DNA from: Candidatus Nanopelagicales bacterium
GTDB lineage: Bacteria; Actinomycetota; Actinomycetes; S36-B12
Direction of reading: 5' to 3'
DNA length: 64,000 nt
Assembly (NCBI GenBank): GCA_030726915.1
Contig: JANRCR010000039.1
Span: forward strand, 508-64,507
The notes beneath the pieces were generated by a model. That model ran no database searches. It had not been told where the DNA came from and worked only from the letters and a program-made list of their open reading frames with translations. A program made the position numbers and the translations under genes. This document shows positions 39,991 to 49,663 of the stretch, in pieces (the stretch's first letter is position 1; the number at the start of each line of letters is the position of its first letter).

Positions 39991-40881
39991 TCACGGGTGG
40001 GGAGTGTCTTCGATCACTCCCGCGGGGTTGCGCTCCGGCCGTGTTGCGAGATAGGAGCCGAGGAGGACCAGGGGGAAGCCGAGCACCAGGCCCCAGGTGA
40101 TCGGCTCGCTGAGAATCACGATCCCGAGGAAGACGGCAACGGCCGGGTTGAGGAAGGTGATGACGGTCATGCGTGATGGGCCGACCTCGGCGACCAGGGC
40201 AAAGAAAATGAGGAAGGCGATCGCCGTGCAGAGCACCCCCAGGATGACGATTGACCACCATGCTGAGGCGGGCACGGGTGTCGTGGGACGTTGCACCCAG
40301 GCGATGGGTGCGTAGAGCACGGTGTTGGCGGCCAGGGCCAGGGTGATGACGGCGAGCGCTGGAGCCTCCGCGAGTCGCGTGGAGATGATGATGGGACCGA
40401 GCGCATAGCCGACGACGGTCACCGCGGCAGCCCCGACCGCCCACCATTGATCCCCGGGTACGTCGAGACCGACGAGGATGGCAACACCGCTCAGGCCGAC
40501 AGCCAGGCCCAGGACGCGCATACCGCCGAGACGACGGTCAAGGCCGAGGGACCGAGCCAGGACGGCAGCGACGATCGGCACCCCGGCGATGAGGAGCGCG
40601 GTCGTGGAACTGGTCAGTTGTGTCTCGGCGTAGCCCAGCATGAGGAAGGGCCCGGTGATCTCAACGAGGGCGAAGAGGCCGATCCACGGCAGGTAGCGTC
40701 GGATGCCGCGGAACTGGCCGCGCATGAGGGCGACCGGGAGCAGCAGGGCTGCGGCCAGTCCGACGCGCAGCGCCACCATGACCGACGGTTCGACGTAGTC
40801 CACGGCAATCCGAATGAAGAGGTACGGCGTACCCCAGATGACCGACAGGGCAATGAAGAGGGTCCAGCCACGTTGTGTCAT
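39991..40881 (-). CDS. DMT family transporter (EamA repeats)
   Basis: 296 aa with about ten TM helices arranged as two EamA-like halves. Confidence 0.85.
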   Translation of the reverse strand: MTQRGWTLFIALSVIWGTPYLFIRIAVDYVEPSVMVALRVGLAAALLLPVALMRGQFRGIRRYLPWIGLFALVEITGPFLMLGYAETQLTSSTTALLIAGVPIVAAVLARSLGLDRRLGGMRVLGLAVGLSGVAILVGLDVPGDQWWAVGAAAVTVVGYALGPIIISTRLAEAPALAVITLALAANTVLYAPIAWVQRPTTPVPASAWWSIVILGVLCTAIAFLIFFALVAEVGPSRMTVITFLNPAVAVFLGIVILSEPITWGLVLGFPLVLLGSYLATRPERNPAGVIEDTPHP

Positions 40882-40887
40882 GAATCC

Positions 40888-41235
40888 TCAGGAGATCGGT
40901 GATTGTGACGTGACCGTGCCGATGATGACCAGCACGAGCCAGAGCACCGCGAGCGCAACGCCGACGTAGCCCATCACCAGTCCGGCGACAGCGAGACTTC
41001 GCCCGGGCATGCCGGTCTTGGTGATCTTGCTCAGTCCGAGGTGTCCCAGGATGACGGCGAGGATCGGCAGCACGGGGAAGAAGAGGAGGCACAAACCCAC
41101 CGTGAGACCCGCGATGCCCAAGATCGTGGACGCGAGTGCCATGCCGTTGGTCTTCGCTGGTGCGGGTGGATATCCGGGATAGCCGGAATTGTCGGGATAG
41201 CCGGGATATCCGGGAACGGGTTGGGCCTCGGTCAC
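40888..41235 (-). CDS. DUF4190 domain-containing membrane protein
   Basis: Pro/Gly/Tyr-rich N-terminus (PGYPGYPDNSGYPGYP) followed by two TM helices carrying the GHLGLSKI motif. Confidence 0.7.
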   Translation of the reverse strand: MTEAQPVPGYPGYPDNSGYPGYPPAPAKTNGMALASTILGIAGLTVGLCLLFFPVLPILAVILGHLGLSKITKTGMPGRSLAVAGLVMGYVGVALAVLWLVLVIIGTVTSQSPIS

Positions 41236-41801
41236 GGGGTCAGCCTAGGTGCCCTCTCGGGGTCGGACTCAGGCATGCGCCATTCGACCTCACGAGCGAA
41301 CTCGCGCAGGCCACAGCCCCGGTAGGTTCCGAGAGCGGCAGGCGCGTCAAGGGAACAGGTATGCACCCAGACGCGCCGCGCTCCGGGGATCGACCAGGCG
41401 TAGCGGATGACCTCGGCCAACCACCAGCGGCCGAGCCCGGTGCCGATGGCATCGGGCAGCAGGCCGAAGTAGGCAATCTCCATGTCGCCGCCGGGCTGCT
41501 CCTCCACCTCCGCATATCCGCGCTCGACCCCGTCCCGCGTGCACACGAGCAGATGATGTTCGGGTCGATCCGCCCAGGTGTGCCACTGATCCGATGTCCA
41601 GTCGCGGCGGTCCACCCAGTGCCATGCCTCACCGACGGCCGCATAGAAGGAGCGTGATGTGTCATGGCGGTCGGTCATGACCCGCGACCAGGAGGCACCG
41701 ATGGGGACATCCATCGCCACGAGTTCACGGGGATCACGCATCTCCAACGACGTGACCGTGACAGCGATAGCGCCCTCGGCGGGGTGAGGCAGCAGTCTCA
41801 T
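41232..41801 (-). CDS. GNAT family N-acetyltransferase
   Basis: Acetyl-CoA pocket-like segment LLPDAIGTGLGRWWLAEVI (R/Q-x-x-G-x-G/A type). Its stop overlaps the next gene's start by 4 nt. Confidence 0.75.
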   Translation of the reverse strand: MRLLPHPAEGAIAVTVTSLEMRDPRELVAMDVPIGASWSRVMTDRHDTSRSFYAAVGEAWHWVDRRDWTSDQWHTWADRPEHHLLVCTRDGVERGYAEVEEQPGGDMEIAYFGLLPDAIGTGLGRWWLAEVIRYAWSIPGARRVWVHTCSLDAPAALGTYRGCGLREFAREVEWRMPESDPERAPRLTP

Positions 41802-41859
41802 GCGGTCATCCTCATGCGGTCATCGTGCCATCCGGAGCGACGCGATGTCCGGGGACCGG

Positions 41860-42834
41860 TCAGTTCCCGGAGGTCAGCACGATTTTGCCGATGAGGTTAC
41901 CGCTGGCGAGTTGTTCGAAGCCGGCTCGCGCATCAGCGAGGTTGTACGTCGCGGACACCGTCGGACGCACACCCGTGCGGTCGACAAGACTCACCAGATC
42001 GATGAGTTCATCCAGCGTGCCCATCGTCGAGCCCAGGATGGACAGTTGGAGGAAAAAGACGCGGCTGAGGTCGGCCGGTGGATTCGGACCGCTGGTGGCA
42101 CCACAGACGACGAGTCGTCCCCCGGGCTTGAGTGACTTCAGGGAATGGGCCCACGTGGCCTCGCCGACGCTCTCCATGACGGCATCGACACGCTCGGGCA
42201 GACGGGCGCCGGGCTCAAATGCGGCCTCGGCGCCCAACTCCAGTGCGGCGGCACGCTTTGCCCCATCACGACTCGTCGCCCACACCCGCGCGCCCAGAAG
42301 GTGAGCGAGTTGGATCGCAGCGGTGGAGACTCCGCCGCCCACTCCCTGCACCAGCACGGTCTGGCCCGGCTGGACCTGTGCCCTGGTGGTGAGCATTCGG
42401 TAGGCCGTCAGCCAGGCTGTCGGTAGACAGGCCGCATCCACGAAGGACAGGGATGGCGGCTTGTCGATGACGTTGCGCGCGGGCACGGTGATGTATTCGG
42501 CAAGGGTGCCCTGGAAGACCTCGGAGAGCATCGATCGACGAGGGTCGAGGGTTTCGTCTCCCCCTCCGGCAGCGGAATCCCCGACGACTCCGTGCACGAT
42601 AACCTCGCGTCCGTCGTCGAGGACCCCGGCGGCATCGCAGCCGAGGATCATGGGCAAACGATCCGCGGAGAGTCCCACGCCGCGCAGACTCCACAGGTCG
42701 TGGTGGTTGAGGCCGGCAGCGCGCATCCGCACGCGCACCCAGCCTTCCTCCACGACGGGTGCGGGGAAATCTCCCACCGTCAAGGCGGCGAGCGGGTTGG
42801 CGGGATCAATGGATGTGGCAGCAGCAGCGAGCAC
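41860..42834 (-). CDS. Zinc-binding alcohol dehydrogenase / quinone oxidoreductase family protein (MDR superfamily)
   Basis: GroES-like N-terminus (VRVRMRAAGLNHHDLW) and the Rossmann motif VLVQGVGGGVSTAAIQLA. GTG 42834 was chosen within a longer ORF. Confidence 0.8.
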   Translation of the reverse strand: MLAAAATSIDPANPLAALTVGDFPAPVVEEGWVRVRMRAAGLNHHDLWSLRGVGLSADRLPMILGCDAAGVLDDGREVIVHGVVGDSAAGGGDETLDPRRSMLSEVFQGTLAEYITVPARNVIDKPPSLSFVDAACLPTAWLTAYRMLTTRAQVQPGQTVLVQGVGGGVSTAAIQLAHLLGARVWATSRDGAKRAAALELGAEAAFEPGARLPERVDAVMESVGEATWAHSLKSLKPGGRLVVCGATSGPNPPADLSRVFFLQLSILGSTMGTLDELIDLVSLVDRTGVRPTVSATYNLADARAGFEQLASGNLIGKIVLTSGN

Positions 42835-42866
42835 GGAATCTCCCAGGGTGGACGAGTGGATGGATG

Positions 42867-44072
42867 TCAGCGGGTGAGGTCGCTCAGGCCAGCGATGAGT
42901 CGGTCGACATCGTCGATCGTGGAGTACGGAGCCAATCCCACACGGACGCCGCCTTCGTCGCCGAGGCCCAGCCATCGCGAGACCTCGAGGGCGTAGAAGT
43001 TGCCCGCGGGAGCGTTGACGCCACGCTCGGCCAGGAACGTCGAAATATCCCCGGGCGAGTGCCCATCGATCGTGAAGGTTTCGGTCGGTGTGCGCTGCTT
43101 GGCATTGCTGTAGAGGTGAATCCCGGGGATCGACTCCAGGCCTTCGCGCAGATGGACGTGCAGTTCGTCCTCGTACTCCTCCAGTGCGGTCATGGATGCC
43201 AGGATCCGCTGCCGCCGGCTGCCCTCGGAGGGCACAAGGTCGGCGAGGACGTCTACGGCGGCGATGACGCCAGCGAGCAATTCATAGGGGAGGGTGCCGA
43301 GCTCAAAGCGTTCCGGCACGACGTTGGTGGCGGGCAACAGTTTGTCCGGATGGAGTGACTCCAGTAGATCGGGTGCGGCGGCCAGGACACCCAGGTGCGG
43401 GCCGAGGAACTTGTAGGGCGAGCAGGCGTAGAAGTCGCACCCGATACTGGCTACATCGACGGGTGCATGCGCGGTGAGATGCACACCGTCGACGTAAAAA
43501 AGTGCTCCATGCTCGTGGACGCCAGCCGCAATCACAGCCAGATCAGGCCGCGTGCCAATGAGATTCGACGCACCGGTGAGCGCGACGAGTCGCGTGCGGG
43601 GTCCGACATGTTTGAGCACATTCCCGGCCGCCATCTCACCGGTCGCGCTGTCGAAATCCGCCCACAGCACGGTCGCGCCAGCACGTTCCGCGTGGATCAC
43701 CCAGGGCCGCACGTCGGCGTCGTGGTCGAGTCGGCTGACGACGATGTCATCCCCCGGTCCCCAGTCCTGCGCGAGCGTACGCGCGATGTCCATCGTGATC
43801 TGCGTCATGCTGCGACCGAAGACGATCCCGCGCGGATCAGAGCCAAGAAGGTCGGCCATCGCCGATCTCGCACCGGTGACGATGTCGTCGGCTCGGCGTT
43901 CAGCCGCAGTGCCCCGGCCGCGGTTGGATACGGCTGCCAGGAGTGTCGCCGCCACGGCGGCCGCCACCTCCTCGGGCATCTGGGTCCCGCCGGGACCATC
44001 GAAGTGGGAGGCGCCCTCGCTGAGGGCTGGGACTCGGGCCCGGAGGCGGTCAACGTCGTACGTCATGACCAA
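42867..44072 (-). CDS. Aminotransferase class V-fold PLP enzyme (cysteine desulfurase-like)
   Basis: The layout is SufS/CsdA-like, with the PLP-lysine region FYACSPYKFLGPHLG. Confidence 0.8.
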   Translation of the reverse strand: MVMTYDVDRLRARVPALSEGASHFDGPGGTQMPEEVAAAVAATLLAAVSNRGRGTAAERRADDIVTGARSAMADLLGSDPRGIVFGRSMTQITMDIARTLAQDWGPGDDIVVSRLDHDADVRPWVIHAERAGATVLWADFDSATGEMAAGNVLKHVGPRTRLVALTGASNLIGTRPDLAVIAAGVHEHGALFYVDGVHLTAHAPVDVASIGCDFYACSPYKFLGPHLGVLAAAPDLLESLHPDKLLPATNVVPERFELGTLPYELLAGVIAAVDVLADLVPSEGSRRQRILASMTALEEYEDELHVHLREGLESIPGIHLYSNAKQRTPTETFTIDGHSPGDISTFLAERGVNAPAGNFYALEVSRWLGLGDEGGVRVGLAPYSTIDDVDRLIAGLSDLTR

Positions 44073-44113
44073 ACCCTAGGGCGGAGAGAGCCCCCGGGAG
44101 ACACAATGGGCCG

Positions 44114-45994
44114 GTGAGGCCGTCTCTGCGCGCTGCGGTCACCGCCACCATCGTCGCGGTTGCCGCCCTCACTGTCACGGCTCCGATCACCCTCGCGTCC
44201 ACCGTCTGGGTCGCCGGGGGAGCCCTCAGTGTGGGAATCCGCGATGGGGCGTGGACGTATGCGGTGGCCGGAGTGCTCCTGATGGTCACCTGTGCCCTGG
44301 TGATCACGCTCTGGGCCACGGTGCCCGGCATTGCCCGGGGGCGGCGCAGGCCTGCCGTCATCGCGGTGATGGCCCTCACCGTCACCGCCCTGATCGTCGC
44401 TTCCCGCGCGTGGAACGTCTTCGTGGTCCCCTGGCTGCCGCGGGGTATCGCGCTGGGTGCTCTGGTGGTCGCTGTCATTGCCGCCGCCGTCGCCGCCGTA
44501 CGTCCCCACCACGTGTCGGGTGAGCCGGTGCGAGGTGTGGGACCTGCGGTGCTCGGGGTTGTTGCCTCCTATGCCCTCGTCGGAGCGATCGTGGCGCTCA
44601 CCAGCACGGCGATCCCGCAGTTCCCGCGGCTCCCGTGGATGGCCGCGGTGCAGGGGGCGGATGTGCCGGGGACTGCGATGGAGGGACGGGGAGCCCCGGA
44701 TAATCCGGCACTGGCTTCGGGAGCATGGTCGACAATCCACAATGACTCCTGGATGACCGACACCTACGCCGGGGGCGCGTTGCCCGATCCCGAGCAAGCC
44801 ACCGTCACCTCATTTTTTGCCGGAGGAGATTGTGCGTCGCTGTTGTGGAACGCCGACGGCAATATCGTCGCCGTCTGCGTCAGTCCGACGGAGGTCCGCG
44901 GATTCGTCCTAACGCCGAGGTCACTCGACGTCCTGGTCGAGACCCGACTCGCGGCCAAGCCCCTCGCCGCAGACGCACTGACCAACTTCTCGGGCGGTGG
45001 CTACGCCATCCTGGACGCTCAGCAGCGGGTGGTGACACCCCTGCCCGGAGGAGTCATCGCGCGTTTTGACGCACGCACGCTCGAGCTGGCGGATTCCTTT
45101 GATGTGGCCGAGCACCTCCAGCCGGATGAGGGCATCACCTCGGTGATCCCCGCGTGGAGTGGCCTGCTGTGGTTCGTGGGCCGGCTGGGGACCGTGGGCC
45201 TGCTCGATCCCCTCTCCGGTCAGGTGCAGAGCATCCCGGTGGGCGCCACCGGACCGGTCGATATCGAGAACTCCTTCGCGGTCATCGAGGGGGACGGGGC
45301 CTACATCGTCACGGGCGAGGCTCTCCTTCGGCTCGATGTCGAGAAGGCCACGCCGGTTATCCGCTGGCGACTCCCCTATGACCGGGGGGAGCGATTGAAG
45401 CCAGGGCAGACAAGTCGCGCCTCGGGGACGACACCGACCGTCTTCCGCGGGGGTGACTTCGTGGCCATCACCGATAACGCCGAACCTCGCATGCGCGTCA
45501 TCGTGGTGGATGTCCGAGGGCAGACGCCGATCGAGCACTGCGCCATTCCGGTATTCGAGGAGGGGCTCAGCGCCACGGAGAATTCACTCATCGCTCTGGG
45601 AGATTCCCTGATTGTGGAAAGCAACTACGGATACTCCGTGACTGCCGTGGCGGGGGGATACACGACGGTGCCGGGGCTCGCGCGCATCGATGTGTCCGAC
45701 GACGGTTGCACACCGGTGTGGACGAGCACTGACGTGAGCATCCCCTCGCTGGTGTCCAAGGGAGTCCTGGCGGATGGATCGATCCTGACGTACACGAAGG
45801 AGGCGAGCGCACTCGGTATCGACGCCTGGTGGTTCACCTCCGTGGACGCCGCGACGGGGCAGGTGCGGTGGCGCAGACTCGCCGGCGTGGGTCCGCTGCT
45901 GAATAACCATTACGCGGCTGGCTATCTCGGCCCGGATGGATCGATCTACGTCGGCACGATCAGTGGTGTTGTCGCGCTCGTATCAGGAGCCTGA
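44114..45994 (+). CDS. Hypothetical multi-pass membrane protein with a large C-terminal beta-propeller-like domain
   Basis: The first roughly 190 aa form about 5-6 hydrophobic helices. The remaining roughly 430 aa carry repeated blade-like strands (ADGNIVAVCV, GGGYAILDAQQRVV, GLLWFVGRLGTVGLLD, DGAYIVTGEALLRLD, GDFVAITDN, GDSLIVESNYG, DGSILTYT, DGSIYVGTISGVVAL). Confidence 0.65.
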   Translation: MRPSLRAAVTATIVAVAALTVTAPITLASTVWVAGGALSVGIRDGAWTYAVAGVLLMVTCALVITLWATVPGIARGRRRPAVIAVMALTVTALIVASRAWNVFVVPWLPRGIALGALVVAVIAAAVAAVRPHHVSGEPVRGVGPAVLGVVASYALVGAIVALTSTAIPQFPRLPWMAAVQGADVPGTAMEGRGAPDNPALASGAWSTIHNDSWMTDTYAGGALPDPEQATVTSFFAGGDCASLLWNADGNIVAVCVSPTEVRGFVLTPRSLDVLVETRLAAKPLAADALTNFSGGGYAILDAQQRVVTPLPGGVIARFDARTLELADSFDVAEHLQPDEGITSVIPAWSGLLWFVGRLGTVGLLDPLSGQVQSIPVGATGPVDIENSFAVIEGDGAYIVTGEALLRLDVEKATPVIRWRLPYDRGERLKPGQTSRASGTTPTVFRGGDFVAITDNAEPRMRVIVVDVRGQTPIEHCAIPVFEEGLSATENSLIALGDSLIVESNYGYSVTAVAGGYTTVPGLARIDVSDDGCTPVWTSTDVSIPSLVSKGVLADGSILTYTKEASALGIDAWWFTSVDAATGQVRWRRLAGVGPLLNNHYAAGYLGPDGSIYVGTISGVVALVSGA

Positions 45995-47239
45995 CCGCTC
46001 CCACGCGGCACCATCCGGGGTATCGCGCACCTCGATTCCCTGCGCGATGAGACCGTCGCGCACCGCATCACTGGCCGCGAAGTCCTTGGCAGCGCGAGCT
46101 CTCTGCCGAGCATCTAGGGCGATGTCGATAAAGGGGCCGATGACGTCGCGCTCATCGCGCAAACCATGGGCGGCAGCACCGGCGAGGGCCACGATCATCC
46201 CGCGCAGCACGGCCCGAGCGGCGTCAATGTCGTCACCCTCCAGCGTGTCCGTACTCCACGCGCGAATGTCCTCCTCGACTCCGAGGGCCTCGGCTAGGGC
46301 GCCATCGGAGTCACCGGCCAGCAGCGCCGCATCGAAGGCCACCCTGCGCTGCTCCACTGCGGTGCGCAGGCTGGGTGCGCCCACGTCCGCCGCCAGGGTC
46401 ACGACCGTTCGCTCGGGTGCTGGCGCGTGAGTCTCCGGAGCGGAACCGGCTAGTGCCGTGGCCATGGCCGCGACGGTGATGCGCTCACCCGAGGCCACGA
46501 AGGTGGACCTGCCGCGGTGACGCAGGGTCATCCCGCCTGCTCCGCGGACATCCACCGCGGCGCTCTCGAGGTCGAGGATGGCGGCCGTGTGTTCATCGAT
46601 GCCGATGACACCGACATCCTCGGGCAGCATGGCCTCAAGGTCGACAAGTCGCTGTTCGCCCATGTAGCAGTAGCGGGTGTCGTGGCGCCCACCCTCGCGA
46701 TTGTCAAAGTGGGGCACGACGGCAGCGGTCAGACCGGTGAACGCCCCGAGCAGGTCGAGTCCGCGTAGCCACGCGGGTTCATCCCCCACCTTGTAGATCT
46801 CATAGACCGGCAGGGCGTAGGCCCCCAGCGTGACTGCCGCAGCGCTGCCCATCGTGAGGGTGCCTCCCCGGTTGACCAGGTCAATCAAGCGTCCGGGCAC
46901 CGGCGTATCGATCCACTGCCGCAGTGCGTACGACGGGCTGCCCGGGCCGGCGAATGCCCAGGACGATCTACCGAGGAGTTCGAGGGTGCGTTCGCGAGCG
47001 ACCGTGGGCTCGTCACGTCGCCGCCAGGATGCCACGTCGAGGGATCGGCCCACGGAGTCCCGGAAGTACTCCAGGATCTTGTCGGTGAGGTCGTCGGCGT
47101 TGGCCTGGAAGCCGAAGGGTGTGTCGAGCACGGACCCCGGTCCAGGACCCGCTTCCGCGAGGAGCTCGCGGTGGAGTTTGACCATGGTGGGAGAGGTCTC
47201 ACCGGATCCGATGATGACAAGACGGGCGGGCACGCACAC
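45983..47239 (-). CDS. Peptidase S51/cyanophycinase-like hydrolase fused to a CysRS-type C-terminal domain
   Basis: The N-terminal part has LVIIGSGE, FAGPGSP, MGSAAA and VPHFDNREGGRHDTR. The C-terminal part has FDAALLAGDSDGALAEAL ... DARQRARAAKDFAASDAVRDGLIAQGIEVRDTPDGAAWER. Confidence 0.65.
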   Translation of the reverse strand: MCVPARLVIIGSGETSPTMVKLHRELLAEAGPGPGSVLDTPFGFQANADDLTDKILEYFRDSVGRSLDVASWRRRDEPTVARERTLELLGRSSWAFAGPGSPSYALRQWIDTPVPGRLIDLVNRGGTLTMGSAAAVTLGAYALPVYEIYKVGDEPAWLRGLDLLGAFTGLTAAVVPHFDNREGGRHDTRYCYMGEQRLVDLEAMLPEDVGVIGIDEHTAAILDLESAAVDVRGAGGMTLRHRGRSTFVASGERITVAAMATALAGSAPETHAPAPERTVVTLAADVGAPSLRTAVEQRRVAFDAALLAGDSDGALAEALGVEEDIRAWSTDTLEGDDIDAARAVLRGMIVALAGAAAHGLRDERDVIGPFIDIALDARQRARAAKDFAASDAVRDGLIAQGIEVRDTPDGAAWERSGS

Positions 47240-47286
47240 AGTCTGCTGTAGACCGGTGCACGCCCGCCCGTCAGGTCCGTGCGGAC

Positions 47287-47727
47287 CTAGTTAGCCGGTT
47301 GCGCGGGGCCCTCGCCGTAACGATTGGGACCGGGGGTGCTGGGCAGCGCCCAGAAGATGATCAAAATAATGGGTCCGATCGCACAGCATGCGAGGAACCA
47401 CAGCAAGAGCCACCAGGCTGAGCGATTGGTGTCATGGAGCCGTCGCACAGCCACCCCGAGCGTCGGAATCAGGATCGCCAAGGTCCAGATCAGGGACAGC
47501 ACGATTCCCAGCGTGGCCATCCCACTGAGGGCGGGGACGACCGTGAGGGTGTCCGGCGTCGAGATGGTGCCCACCCATTCGAAGTACCAGGGCATGGCCG
47601 GGATGAAAAGAATGACGCTCACGATGGTGGTGAAGAGGTACCACCACCAAAACTCCGACCGTGATGCTCGGCCTTGGAAGGTGGCGTAATTGCCGAACAC
47701 ATGTTTGATGGACTGACCAAAGGTCAT
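47287..47727 (-). CDS. DUF805 domain-containing membrane protein
   Basis: F(Q)GRASRSEFWWWYLF and RRLHDTNRSAWW motifs. Confidence 0.8.
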   Translation of the reverse strand: MTFGQSIKHVFGNYATFQGRASRSEFWWWYLFTTIVSVILFIPAMPWYFEWVGTISTPDTLTVVPALSGMATLGIVLSLIWTLAILIPTLGVAVRRLHDTNRSAWWLLLWFLACCAIGPIILIIFWALPSTPGPNRYGEGPAQPAN

Positions 47728-47801
47728 GGCTACTCGATCTCCTCTCGTGCGCCCCGAATGCGCGCTGAGCCTGACCCTAGGGGACGGAAGGCCATTTCGG
47801 G

Positions 47802-49268
47802 GTGCATGCCTCCGCTAACGTCCCGTGTGTGGACATCGCGGATGCGGCAGCCCTGCTGGACAGGCGGGTGGCGCAGGCGTGGGCGACCGAGGGCATCCCC
47901 GATGTTGCCTACGGTCTGGTCCTAGCGGGGTCGCTGGTGCACGTGGGAGCCGTGGGATCCGTGGAGCGCCAGCCCGATGTCGTTGACGTCGCCTTCCGCA
48001 TCGCTTCGATGACCAAGAGCATCACCGCCGCCACGGTCCTACGCCTGCGGGATGAGGGCCTCCTCGGTCTGGACACGCGGGTGAGCGATGTCCTCCCGTG
48101 GGCGGCCGACATCGGGTTGCCCCTGTCCAGTCCCGCTCTTCGAATCCAGCATCTGCTCACGATGACCGCAGGCTTGCCTACCGATGATCCGTGGGGTGAT
48201 CGCCAGGAGTCTTTGCCCCTGCGTGACTTTGACGCACTGGTTGCTGCTGGCCTCACGTGGTGCCGGCCTCCGGGGATCGCCTTCGAATATGCCAATCTCG
48301 CCTACGCGCTGCTGGGCCGGGTGGTGACTGCTGTGACAGGAGCGGACTTCACCGACGTCGTGCGAGAGATGATGCTGGAGCCGCTGGCAATGCACAGGAC
48401 GACCTTTGACGTCGGTGCAACTCACGATCGCGCCATGGGGTGGCATCCTGCGGGCGTGGGCCTCAGGGAGCAGGTCGAGGGGCCGCCCGGTGCCTTCAGC
48501 CCCATGGGCGGACTGTGGAGCACCGTCGGCGATATGGCGCTGTGGGTGGCGTTCATGGAGTCGGCCTGGGCGGACGCACCGGACGATGGGCCCCTGTCAC
48601 GGTGGTCACGGCGCGAGATGCAGAGGTCGCACGTGTTCGTTGCCCTCGATGCCCGCGGCGTTGCGGAGGGATACGGCATGGGTTTGCGGGTGGACCACGA
48701 TCCATCGATCGGACTCGTGGTGCATCACAGTGGGGGCTATCCCGGCTATGGATCCCACATGCGCTGGCATCCCGACACGCGCTGGGGGGTCGTTGGCCTG
48801 GCCAATCGGACCTACGCCCCGATCCGTCAAGCCTGTGCGCAGGCATTGGCCGAGATCGTTACTGATGAGGCGGCCGACATGCGTCGTCAGCGGGCGGAGG
48901 ATCGCCTGTGGCCCCAAACGACACAGGCGATGGACCTGGCAGAGTCCCTGCTCATCCGCTGGGATGACGATGCTCTGGATGCGGTGTCGGCGATCAACCT
49001 GGATCTTGATCAGGCCAGGGATGACCGGCGGAGGCACTGGCAGCAGTGGGGAGTGGGCCGGGTCGCGCGTGCGCCCGGTCAGGTGACGTCGCGCAGCCCG
49101 GCACATGCCTGTTGGCGAGTCGACACCGACCGAGGGGTGATCGAACTCGAGGTGCTCTTGACGGCCGAGCGTCCACCCCGCATTCAAAGCATCTCGGCGC
49201 AGGGACTGCGTGACACGAGGGCCGATGGCTCACCGGGCAACCCTGCCGGTGTCGATCGGGTGCTCTAA
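47802..49268 (+). CDS. Serine hydrolase (beta-lactamase / transpeptidase-like family)
   Basis: SxxK motif in FRIASMTKSITAATVL, a class-C-like length core, and a C-terminal extension. Confidence 0.8.
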   Translation: MHASANVPCVDIADAAALLDRRVAQAWATEGIPDVAYGLVLAGSLVHVGAVGSVERQPDVVDVAFRIASMTKSITAATVLRLRDEGLLGLDTRVSDVLPWAADIGLPLSSPALRIQHLLTMTAGLPTDDPWGDRQESLPLRDFDALVAAGLTWCRPPGIAFEYANLAYALLGRVVTAVTGADFTDVVREMMLEPLAMHRTTFDVGATHDRAMGWHPAGVGLREQVEGPPGAFSPMGGLWSTVGDMALWVAFMESAWADAPDDGPLSRWSRREMQRSHVFVALDARGVAEGYGMGLRVDHDPSIGLVVHHSGGYPGYGSHMRWHPDTRWGVVGLANRTYAPIRQACAQALAEIVTDEAADMRRQRAEDRLWPQTTQAMDLAESLLIRWDDDALDAVSAINLDLDQARDDRRRHWQQWGVGRVARAPGQVTSRSPAHACWRVDTDRGVIELEVLLTAERPPRIQSISAQGLRDTRADGSPGNPAGVDRVL

Positions 49269-49335
49269 TGCTTGGCTGAGTCCCGACAACATCGGCGGGT
49301 GGCACGGTGGCGTCATCCACAGCGAGGGAGTGGGC

Positions 49336-49659
49336 ATGGCCTGGGTACTGCTGGTCCTTGCCATCGTGGCCGAGGTCGTGGGCACGCTGTCGTTGAAGGC
49401 CAGCGAAGGATTCTCCCGCCTGTGGCCATCCGTTGCCGTCGTGGTGGGTTACGCAGTCGCGTTCACACTCCTGGCCTTTGCCCTCAAGACCCTCGACGTC
49501 GGGCCGGCGTACGCCCTGTGGGCCGGCCTGGGAACGGTCGGCGCGGCAGTGGGGGGCTGGCTGATCTTCAGTGAATCTTTGAGTGCCCTCACCGTCATCG
49601 GGATCACGACCGTGGTGGTCGGTGTCGTTGCGATCACGCTGGGGGAAACTCAGACCTAA
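49336..49659 (+). CDS. SMR family multidrug efflux transporter (EmrE/QacE-like)
   Basis: 107 aa with four TM helices and the conserved TM1 glutamate (LAIVAEVVGTLSLK). ATG 49336 was chosen within a longer ORF. Confidence 0.85.
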   Translation: MAWVLLVLAIVAEVVGTLSLKASEGFSRLWPSVAVVVGYAVAFTLLAFALKTLDVGPAYALWAGLGTVGAAVGGWLIFSESLSALTVIGITTVVVGVVAITLGETQT

Positions 49660-49663
49660 TGCG

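Noticed and set aside
40888-41801. The GNAT acetyltransferase and the adjacent small gene considered as a GNAT-type toxin-antitoxin pair.
   Set aside because: The neighbour is a two-TM DUF4190 membrane protein rather than an RHH or HTH antitoxin, and the GNAT has ordinary length and context within a longer same-strand operon.
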